From assembly GCA_003485765.1 (NCBI GenBank), contig DNHS01000051.1, positions 71,747 to 135,746 of the forward strand: a DNA stretch of 64,000 nucleotides. The letters run 5' to 3'. A model generated the notes under the pieces. That model did not search any database and was not told the origin of the DNA. It saw nothing but the letters and a program-made list of their open reading frames with translations. How positions within the stretch are numbered: position 1 is the stretch's first letter; every line of letters begins with the position of its first letter. The position numbers and the translations under genes were made by a program. Below are positions 55,878 through 64,000 of this stretch, piece by piece. This DNA comes from Candidatus Omnitrophota bacterium (lineage in GTDB: Bacteria > Omnitrophota > Gorgyraeia > Gorgyraeales > Gorgyraeaceae).

Positions 55878-58800
55878 CTACAAACTGCTTCTAATTGCAG
55901 TACCTATCCCACTATGGCCTGATAATTCTCCAGAAATTAAACCTTTCTCTCTTAATATATAGTCTCTAATAATACCTGATGCCTGGTCATAGACCCTATT
56001 AAAATCTCCTTCTTCTTTTGCAATAGCTCGCGCAACTGCAATTGCATTGACCGCAATAAGAAGGCCTGTTCCATTGTATATTGCGGCGCCATGTTCACTT
56101 GACTTTGTTAAGAAAGCATTTACAGGTTCAGGCCTATAATTTAGATCGACTGCTATAGTGCCTTTTTTCATAGCTGCGTGAAGACTATCTGAGAGAGGCG
56201 ATTCAGATGGATCCTTCTTGCCAACGCCAGTAGTATTAACCACAATATCAGATCTCTCAAGAGTCCTATATAGTAAAGCCTGATCATCAGGTGTAACAGC
56301 ATAGAAATTAATATCAGCATCAGGAAATTTCTGTTTCAAGCGAGCTGCAACTGCTCTTCCTCTTTCTACATCAAGATCTGTAATAGAAATAGAACTAGCT
56401 CCCTGTTCCAACATACTAAAAGCTATTGCGCTTCCAGTTGCGCCAGCCCCTCCTAAAATAGTTACCCTCTTATTTTGTAGTAAACCAACCTCGCTTTCAT
56501 ACCATCTTACCCATGCATTTCCACCTTCATTGCCTCCTAAGATACCACCTTCGCCATCTTTATACACAAAGTCAAAACCAGTTCCTTCTGCTCCACCTGT
56601 TCTTTGAATTTTAGAAAGATGCTCTGCAACTAAATATTTGAATGATTCGCCAGTATCAAAACCTACAAACTTATTACTGGATAAAAACATTGCCATAACC
56701 TCTTTCCAGCCTGCCAAATCATCTCCAGCAACCTCATATGGAAGATACACAATGTTCAATCCAAGCTCCTTAAACACACTGTTGAAAAGCTCATGAGTCG
56801 TAGATCCTCCTGGTTTGCCTATATCTAAGCCTTTTCCAATATGTAACATAAATTTCGTATCTGAGTTAAGGCGATCAGCATAACCAAGCCTACGAGCTGT
56901 GACTACCAAATCCTCTTCAAATGCTCGCACAGTAGTTATTAATGCCTGTTCGCTTTCTTTTTTATTACCAATCGGCACAGTCGCTCCAAGCAAAAGTTCT
57001 CTCTCAGTTACTTTTTCTTTTCCAATCATTGCTTCTTTAGTCATTGCGAGAAGAGCTTCCAAATCGACAATCGAAGCAACCTCTTTTTCAAAATTTACAT
57101 CCTCTAAAACCTTATTAATTGCCTCTGCAACAACGCCTGCCCCCTGAGCAAGGTCTCTAGCTGCAGCCATATTTATATTTATTCCTTGTTCTCCAGCATT
57201 TACCATAAAGGTCATGAGCCCTTTAAGCATATCTCTCAGGAATTCGTTTCCCTCGCTAGCGATCATTTCGTTTAAAACTTCAATAGCGCTAGAAGCATCG
57301 CCATTTCCAAGATTTTTAACTAAATAATCGTATAAAATCTGATACTTCGGAGCTTCGTAAGCGAGCTGTAATTCTGCTAATTTCCTTGCAAACTCTGCAT
57401 CATCTGGATTGGCTTTATATTGCTGCATCAGAAAGGCCAATGGAAGTAGTTTGTTATACTCCCATTCTGTAAAATGCCCATATTCTTTACGCAACAACGC
57501 CTGTAATATTATTTTATATCTTTCATCAGCCGCCATCTTAGGAAGGTTTTCTACTAACAATGGGTGAAGCTCTAATCTTCTCTCCTCAATCTCTCCCTTG
57601 TCATGGTCCAAGCCAAATCTCACTCCTATTACTGGGTCACCAGGTTTGCCTTCTAAGGTCTCACCAGTGTCTATCATTTCCCCCATGCCAGCTAAATCTT
57701 TCTGATCCTTAAGTATCCCCTTAAGATCCTCTTTAAAATCTTGCGCGTTCCTATGTTGTATACCAGGGGATCTCCAGTCCTGATTCGAAGCCTCTTCTCT
57801 TAAAACCCTCTCGTATTCTTTCGCAGTTCGAGAAAGATCTGCTTTGAGATAGTCATTGGCATCTGACTCGCTTATTGTCACATAGCCTGAAAGCTCCGAT
57901 GCGCCGAAACCAATGCCTGTCTCAGTTCCCGGGTAAAAACTAAAAATCTTCCATTTTTCTGTTCTCGGGCAAAGCAATACTCTATGATTGCCATCTGCAT
58001 CAACAACAAAAACACGGTTATAAGGCATGTTTTTACCTACCATGTCTTCTAAATCTATCCTTTCTCGTTCTGAAATCCCGACAATATCCTTGGATGCAAA
58101 TGACCTAGTATTGACAGGCCACCCAGAGAGATAACCTGTTGTCACTGACACAGATGTATCAGATACAGCATCTTCAACAACATTTACACTGCCTCTTTCT
58201 ATATTGCTCCATATAGGAGATCTACCTTTCTTAAATTGCGAGTGGAAATGGTACCTGCTGGCTCCAGACTCTGCGCTATTGTCAAAACCTTCCCATTCTG
58301 GGCCAAGTCTCTCCATGAAAAAATGTGTTGCTTCTAACAAATTAGCATTATTTCCAACCAGGCATTGAGAATAATTCTTTTTACTAACCAGCAAGATATG
58401 ATCTTCTGCATAAGGATTGATATTGGCAATTACATAATATTCCTCTCCGTCCAACTCCACAATAAAAAGTATTTGATGGGAAAGCTTGGTGCATAAAATA
58501 CAATCTTCTGTGCTTTCAGTGCCATGGAGACCTCTTACGTCTTTAGGCGCCTCAGGTAATACTGGTAAATCGCTGCTTACTGCTAAAACTTTTTCTTCTG
58601 CCCTAGCTTTTCTTACATATTCCAATCTAGGAAGTACAGCTATCAATTCTGCGCTGGCGCCATTTGAAAGCTCGAAAGGCGTCCTCTCTATCTTAAGCTC
58701 ATAGTTAATAACTGGCGTGCCATCTATCCATCTGGCATTCTTAACCCTTTCTAAACCTTCTTCGATCTTCTCAGCAAGCGACATGTCATCTCTTAAATTA

Positions 58801-61800
58801 TATCTGTCGATCGGCAGGATAGACTCTATGAGACTGTAAAGAGTGTAATATTCTTCCTCGGGTAGCTTATTATTTACTGCTTGAATATTAGCTGCTTCTC
58901 TTACTGAAAAATAAGACAACTCCTCTGGCAGATTATCTGCCAGGCTAATCAGCGTATCGTGTAAATATGACGATACAGGACCAGAGCCTGCGAAATCAAT
59001 AAATGCCTGCTTAACTACTGTCGGTTTCCCTTTAAAACTTGCTTCCATCTTAATCATTATTTCTTGACGCATTTTTGCTTCTAACTCTATATCCATAAAT
59101 GTATTCCAGTCAATTTCTCTAAGCTCCTGCAAGGTATAGCGCTCTCCAACTGTTTTTGCTACTTTATCTCCTTTGGCCTTACTCTTTGGATCATAACCAA
59201 TAGGCACTTCTATCCGTACATGACCTGAAGGAAAATCCTCATCCTGTAACCCCTCATGGAATACATCTGCTATTATTGCCTCAGTAGCTTTTATTTCTTT
59301 ATCCCAAATAACCTTGTGCACTATGCTTTTTTCTGCCTGTAACTTCATGGCCGTTGTGTCAACAATATAACTGTACTCAGCTTTTATTAATCCTACTGTA
59401 TTATGTACAACACTATTCACAATACTGCTTCCTGGCCAGAGTATTGTGTGGCCACTCACTATAGCATTCTTAATATACACTCCCTCCACTGTAGTGCCTT
59501 CACGGACTTCGTCAGCTGTAAGCACCACCTCGCGCCCTGTTGGCGTCTGGAAACGAACCAATGCGCCTTTTTCTAATCCAAGGCCATGCATCATCCTTAA
59601 TTCTTCTGCTCGCAATTTTTCTGTTAGAACTGCTTTTCTATGGTTAAGCTCTCCTGAACTTTCAACAGTTGCAATCTCTCCACTTAGGTCTGCTAACAGG
59701 TCTAATCGTTCATTCAAAATGTCACGCGCCCCACGGAATGTCACCCATTGCGCGCCCTCTCCTAAGTCAATTGACCCTACCACTGGAGCTCCTTCTTTAG
59801 GAAAGATTCTAGGATTATCCCTATTGAGTAAATAGTACTCTATTACCTCATAGCCAAATTCTCCGAGCTCTCCATCTACAGCCTTTGCCCCAAGTTTCTC
59901 TCTTATATGAAGAGGAAGTTTTGAGCCAAGCTTTATTGCATGCTGTCGTAATATATCTTGTCTATTCTCTTGTGGCAAGTTGCGAAACTCATTCTCTATA
60001 TCTAATCCCTTTAATCCTTCAATTAAAGCTACAAGTGGCTGGACAAAATGTGGGTCAAAGTCGCGTGCTTTGCCTTCCTTTTCAAGATCGCTTCCTTTTT
60101 CTACCTCTTTAAAAACACCTCTCATCTTCCAGTACTCTAATAAACTAAACCACATCTCATTATCTATTGAAAACGACCCAAAGTCATATGCTACTGTGCC
60201 TTCGTGTGATAATAGAGTCTCAAGTTGTGCCAATTTTGCCTTGGCCTCTTCAAGGTTCTTTTCTAATCCTAACTTTACCAAAAGCATTGCAGGGTCTTCT
60301 CCGTCTCTATTCAATACCTTTGGCAATTGGTCAATACGCACATAACGTACATTGTCTCCTATCTTTATAGGTTTGGCAAATCTCTTGTTACCATAAAAGT
60401 CTACAATCGCTCCGTCATTAGTCACTGCTGCTGTTCCAAAGTCGTGTATTTCTTTAGGATTTATATCGCTTCGGTTCATCGCCACAAGGAATTTTGTAAA
60501 TGGCGCATCTGTCCGCTTTAATGCATTGTGTGGAACTGTCCCAGCTATCATTTGGCTTGTCCAGAAAACATCCACCCTTGTGCCTGGATTTGTAGTGGCA
60601 AAATGACTGCTATTAAGCACAACATCATTTATTAATTCTGTATCCATGAGGTCTCCGCTTCGCGTCTTAATGCTCCCAGCCATCTTTTGTCTGCCACGAG
60701 CATTCCCAAGCCCTTGAGTCAGTGGACTGAACCGCGATGCCATCCCAGCATCCGCAAACATACCTATTTTAACTTTACCATCACGCACTTCTGCGCGTAG
60801 TTCTCCAAGACCTCTTCTATCATATAATTGTTCTGCCTGTCGCCACATCTCGCCAACACCAATTACTTGCCCAGCTGTTGTAGCTGTCCCAATCGCAACT
60901 GATAAAACTATGACATCTCTGTCATTTACCGTCTTTACTCCTTTAAAGAGCTGATTAAAGGACCTTTGCTTATATTCTGCTTCATCTTCTGTAGATGAGC
61001 CGATAATATAGACATCATAACCAGCAAATGGTTTGTCAGGATCTAAGAGAGAATGCATTAACTCAATGTTCCTGCGGCGAGTAGCAACTTTCTGGGTAAA
61101 TACGGAGAGTTTTTGTTTGATGGAAAACGCTGTATGGCGGGCAGCTATTTCACGAACAATGAATCCAATGGTATGATACCATAACCAACTAAAGATAGTC
61201 TGTAGTGTCAGTGGAGGCGCATGCGATGGATCTGCTCTCCAATGCGATAGTTCTTCTGCCACAACTGAGATATCTACTGCATACGCTGGGTGAATTATAA
61301 TTTCATTACCACGCCGTACGCCCGCCTGGAATAGGCCTAACTCATCTTTTGATGTTGCTAGCCGAACTTTGTTATTAGAATCATTGCTCCATTCTGTCTT
61401 TAATGCGCTATCTGAATTAAGTACAGCTTGAACTGTCTCTTCTAAAACTTCATCTGCCCCTTCTATCTCTACTACCTTCTTGCGCTTCCATATCTTTGCC
61501 GCCTCTACAATGCCCCACACTATAACTCCAACTCCAAAGCCTAATGTACCAATCCAACCTATATTAAACACTATATCTATTAACATAGGCAACTCTCCTG
61601 CTACTCCCTCTAAATACACCTTCATCCCGACTGCCATGCCTGACAATACTAGCAGTAATGCCCCTAATCGCGCCTGAAATGCTGGTGAATGTGGCTGGAC
61701 AGATGGAGGAGGCGCGGAGGAGGTTGTCCGCATGAACTGGTTGTTTCGTCGCACGCGTAATAGTGTCCATGCGCCAAGCGCCAAGAGTCCTAAACTCACC

Positions 61801-64000
61801 AATAAAATAGCACCCCAGTGAGGCTGAGAGATAAGTTGCGTGGCAGGATAACCAAGTTGTCGATAGCCCTCCATAGCGCTACTCGCGCCGTTATAGAGAT
61901 CATTTGAATACCTTGTTTGTCGATAGGCCTCATATACCAACGTAGAAATGACCAATACTGGAATTAATAAAATCGAATACATAAGAGTAACCTGCTGCCA
62001 AATAAAAAACCACATCTTCTTCAATGCAGGCATACCCGGTTGAACTCCGCGCGAAGTTGTCCTTGCCCAGAATGAATCAAGGCCTCCTAGATGTTGTCGT
62101 AGTGTCAAAATAGCCGAAGGGATCATCGATAGATAGTATAATGGCATAAGAAACGAAAGAAGCAAAAGATGAATACGCATATAGCGCAATGGCCCCACTT
62201 TCGCAATACCAAATAATAACCTGCCTTCACGAACTGTTCTAATTTTATTTTCGATGAATGCCACAAGTGCTTTGTTATCTTTGGCGCGCGCTTTTTTAAG
62301 TTCGTTTTCCAGATTCTTGATTGCCTTCTCAACAAGCGTTTCATCATCAGGATTTGAGCCAATGCGACTGCTGTATATCGCCAGTAATATCACAAAGATA
62401 GACGGAACAAGCAATAGTACAAAACCTGTCATCGTATCTGGGATAAACCAGAATAACTCAGGGATAAGTGTATTTATCAAATCCGTGCCAGGTATTGATA
62501 GCTTTGTGAGAATTGGAGAATAATAAGAAACCCCATACAAAATGGTCGATAAGAAAAAAAAGGTTGTCATGAACGCTGATGGAGTCCCTGAGATGATAGT
62601 GAAAATATGATAGAAATTAAAAACTCCTCCATACTGACTAAGGAGATTTTCTCGATCTTCGAGTTTGAGCTTACCTGTCCTAAAGGCATATTGATAGTAC
62701 ACCCATCCAATGAATCGTCCTACTAATGCTCCGACCACAAATCCAACTACCGCCCCTGCGATACCTAAAGGGATGTATTCACGAGAAGCAAATAAGGCCC
62801 CAAATATTCCCATCCCAATAAATGAACCTATATACATGCCAAAATCAGCAGGATATTTTAGAAGTTTAGCAAACGGTGCCATAGAAATCCATCGCGAACG
62901 CTGATAGACCCACGGGGAGTTCCACGGCGGAGAAATTTCTGGTAATCCGCCCTCATAAGTTTCGCTGGCAAATTCGTCAAACATTTGCACTCTAAGGCCC
63001 CAACGTCGCAGTTTAGAACCTAAATCAGCATCTTCAATTACATCATATTGGTCATGAGAAAACATCGGACGGAGATTATTGAACTGGGACAATACAAGCT
63101 TAGTATTGCGCACGCTATGCTCACTTATGGGTAATTCAGATACTTTTTCTCTAATAGACAAAAGCGCTGTTTGCAATTCTCCTCGTTTAGTGCCTTTTTC
63201 TCGAAAATGTTTTGCAAGAAAGTTGTTAGTGGTTCCATCAATAGGGAATGGAGAATTCTTGTTAATTAAGTGGTTTTCTACAAAATTTGACCTCGGCCTG
63301 AGCATCTGAATTAACCATTGCGCAGTCGCAAATCCAATAGGAGAAGCAATAAAAAATCCAATTATTATCCATACAACGCCCAATGGAGCCATCAACCAAC
63401 CAATAAGCACGCCAAACATTAACCCAAATGGAAAACTTATTTCAGCTCGATGCGAGACTAATCCCCGCTTGATAAGAGACCATGATCTGTAGTCCATAGG
63501 ATAAACAGATGACATTGCATCTGTTCCCTCATAAGGCATCAGAGACAATATACCTTGGAGAATCGCTGGAATACTTTGTGCCTCAAACTCGCTCTGTACG
63601 AAGGTAGCTTCGTCAGGATAGATATCATTAAAACTCTGCCTTATCTGATCTATGCTTGAATTACCACTATAACCTGACAAAAGTTTAGTATAATCGCGAT
63701 ATTGTTCAGCAAGATGGCGCGGAAGATCAAATTGGATCCCTGCGCGAATTGCTTCTTTATACAATTCAGGGTTTTCTTTTCTGATATGGTCTGGCCGTAG
63801 CCGATCATAATCAACAACTCCTGACTCAGTCTGCATATACTGCCATAACATACCTATAAGCTTCATGCGACGCTGAAAAGTAATTGAAACAATCCACGGC
63901 TGTGTAACATTTGGATCGTCCTCTATATCAAAAATTTCATAGATATCAACAACATCATCACCCTTCAAATTATGGTCTGCAAATGCATCCATAGCATTAG
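55878..64000 (-). CDS. Giant multi-domain membrane protein, C-terminal >2700 aa (GT2, TM region, nucleotidyltransferase-like, HIT-like, shikimate dehydrogenase-like); start outside window
   Basis: Frame open to window edge; motifs IFDIEDDP, IEDADLG, QRSRW; DAGMASRFSPLT; CILC...NPY...GASRYHFHSQ; GGAGATG, NTTGVG, DLNY. Confidence 0.85.
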   Translation of the reverse strand, partial: NAMDAFADHNLKGDDVVDIYEIFDIEDDPNVTQPWIVSITFQRRMKLIGMLWQYMQTESGVVDYDRLRPDHIRKENPELYKEAIRAGIQFDLPRHLAEQYRDYTKLLSGYSGNSSIDQIRQSFNDIYPDEATFVQSEFEAQSIPAILQGILSLMPYEGTDAMSSVYPMDYRSWSLIKRGLVSHRAEISFPFGLMFGVLIGWLMAPLGVVWIIIGFFIASPIGFATAQWLIQMLRPRSNFVENHLINKNSPFPIDGTTNNFLAKHFREKGTKRGELQTALLSIREKVSELPISEHSVRNTKLVLSQFNNLRPMFSHDQYDVIEDADLGSKLRRWGLRVQMFDEFASETYEGGLPEISPPWNSPWVYQRSRWISMAPFAKLLKYPADFGMYIGSFIGMGIFGALFASREYIPLGIAGAVVGFVVGALVGRFIGWVYYQYAFRTGKLKLEDRENLLSQYGGVFNFYHIFTIISGTPSAFMTTFFFLSTILYGVSYYSPILTKLSIPGTDLINTLIPELFWFIPDTMTGFVLLLVPSIFVILLAIYSSRIGSNPDDETLVEKAIKNLENELKKARAKDNKALVAFIENKIRTVREGRLLFGIAKVGPLRYMRIHLLLLSFLMPLYYLSMIPSAILTLRQHLGGLDSFWARTTSRGVQPGMPALKKMWFFIWQQVTLMYSILLIPVLVISTLVYEAYRQTRYSNDLYNGASSAMEGYRQLGYPATQLISQPHWGAILLVSLGLLALGAWTLLRVRRNNQFMRTTSSAPPPSVQPHSPAFQARLGALLLVLSGMAVGMKVYLEGVAGELPMLIDIVFNIGWIGTLGFGVGVIVWGIVEAAKIWKRKKVVEIEGADEVLEETVQAVLNSDSALKTEWSNDSNNKVRLATSKDELGLFQAGVRRGNEIIIHPAYAVDISVVAEELSHWRADPSHAPPLTLQTIFSWLWYHTIGFIVREIAARHTAFSIKQKLSVFTQKVATRRRNIELMHSLLDPDKPFAGYDVYIIGSSTEDEAEYKQRSFNQLFKGVKTVNDRDVIVLSVAIGTATTAGQVIGVGEMWRQAEQLYDRRGLGELRAEVRDGKVKIGMFADAGMASRFSPLTQGLGNARGRQKMAGSIKTRSGDLMDTELINDVVLNSSHFATTNPGTRVDVFWTSQMIAGTVPHNALKRTDAPFTKFLVAMNRSDINPKEIHDFGTAAVTNDGAIVDFYGNKRFAKPIKIGDNVRYVRIDQLPKVLNRDGEDPAMLLVKLGLEKNLEEAKAKLAQLETLLSHEGTVAYDFGSFSIDNEMWFSLLEYWKMRGVFKEVEKGSDLEKEGKARDFDPHFVQPLVALIEGLKGLDIENEFRNLPQENRQDILRQHAIKLGSKLPLHIREKLGAKAVDGELGEFGYEVIEYYLLNRDNPRIFPKEGAPVVGSIDLGEGAQWVTFRGARDILNERLDLLADLSGEIATVESSGELNHRKAVLTEKLRAEELRMMHGLGLEKGALVRFQTPTGREVVLTADEVREGTTVEGVYIKNAIVSGHTILWPGSSIVNSVVHNTVGLIKAEYSYIVDTTAMKLQAEKSIVHKVIWDKEIKATEAIIADVFHEGLQDEDFPSGHVRIEVPIGYDPKSKAKGDKVAKTVGERYTLQELREIDWNTFMDIELEAKMRQEIMIKMEASFKGKPTVVKQAFIDFAGSGPVSSYLHDTLISLADNLPEELSYFSVREAANIQAVNNKLPEEEYYTLYSLIESILPIDRYNLRDDMSLAEKIEEGLERVKNARWIDGTPVINYELKIERTPFELSNGASAELIAVLPRLEYVRKARAEEKVLAVSSDLPVLPEAPKDVRGLHGTESTEDCILCTKLSHQILFIVELDGEEYYVIANINPYAEDHILLVSKKNYSQCLVGNNANLLEATHFFMERLGPEWEGFDNSAESGASRYHFHSQFKKGRSPIWSNIERGSVNVVEDAVSDTSVSVTTGYLSGWPVNTRSFASKDIVGISERERIDLEDMVGKNMPYNRVFVVDADGNHRVLLCPRTEKWKIFSFYPGTETGIGFGASELSGYVTISESDANDYLKADLSRTAKEYERVLREEASNQDWRSPGIQHRNAQDFKEDLKGILKDQKDLAGMGEMIDTGETLEGKPGDPVIGVRFGLDHDKGEIEERRLELHPLLVENLPKMAADERYKIILQALLRKEYGHFTEWEYNKLLPLAFLMQQYKANPDDAEFARKLAELQLAYEAPKYQILYDYLVKNLGNGDASSAIEVLNEMIASEGNEFLRDMLKGLMTFMVNAGEQGININMAAARDLAQGAGVVAEAINKVLEDVNFEKEVASIVDLEALLAMTKEAMIGKEKVTERELLLGATVPIGNKKESEQALITTVRAFEEDLVVTARRLGYADRLNSDTKFMLHIGKGLDIGKPGGSTTHELFNSVFKELGLNIVYLPYEVAGDDLAGWKEVMAMFLSSNKFVGFDTGESFKYLVAEHLSKIQRTGGAEGTGFDFVYKDGEGGILGGNEGGNAWVRWYESEVGLLQNKRVTILGGAGATGSAIAFSMLEQGASSISITDLDVERGRAVAARLKQKFPDADINFYAVTPDDQALLYRTLERSDIVVNTTGVGKKDPSESPLSDSLHAAMKKGTIAVDLNYRPEPVNAFLTKSSEHGAAIYNGTGLLIAVNAIAVARAIAKEEGDFNRVYDQASGIIRDYILREKGLISGELSGHSGIGTAIRSSL

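Overview
Bacterial genomic window with an AT-rich appearance, tentatively Candidatus Omnitrophota/PVC (inferred from the giant multi-enzyme protein and two V-type ATPase operons). Positions 1-18511 are accessory DNA: two related integrative elements stacked in tandem at the 3' end of tRNA-Phe. Element A (7915-18511) is complete, with a 20-bp att duplication, arm/IHF sites, tyrosine integrase, Xis, serine resolvase, Rep ATPase next to an iteron origin, and HEPN-like cargo. Element B (1-7934) runs off the left edge and carries a P-loop ATPase, a DnaX-like AAA+ protein, an exonuclease-less family A polymerase, a type I HsdR, a repeated 59-bp motif, and a PD-(D/E)XK nuclease preceded by a highly structured RNA. 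The core region holds apbE (frameshifted), polyamine genes flanking a split signalling cluster, yajQ, tRNA-Val and tRNA-Asp, a radical SAM/PqqD RiPP cluster with an unannotated Cys-containing precursor, two tandem V/A-ATPase operons (probably Na+ and H+), a PyrR-attenuated pyr operon containing an EndoQ gene, a BrnT/BrnA-like TA pair and the 3' part of a >2700-aa multi-enzyme protein. The best novelty candidates are the structured RNA plus nuclease unit, the RiPP cluster, the polymerase module and the giant protein. All family assignments come from motif recognition by eye, not database searches.
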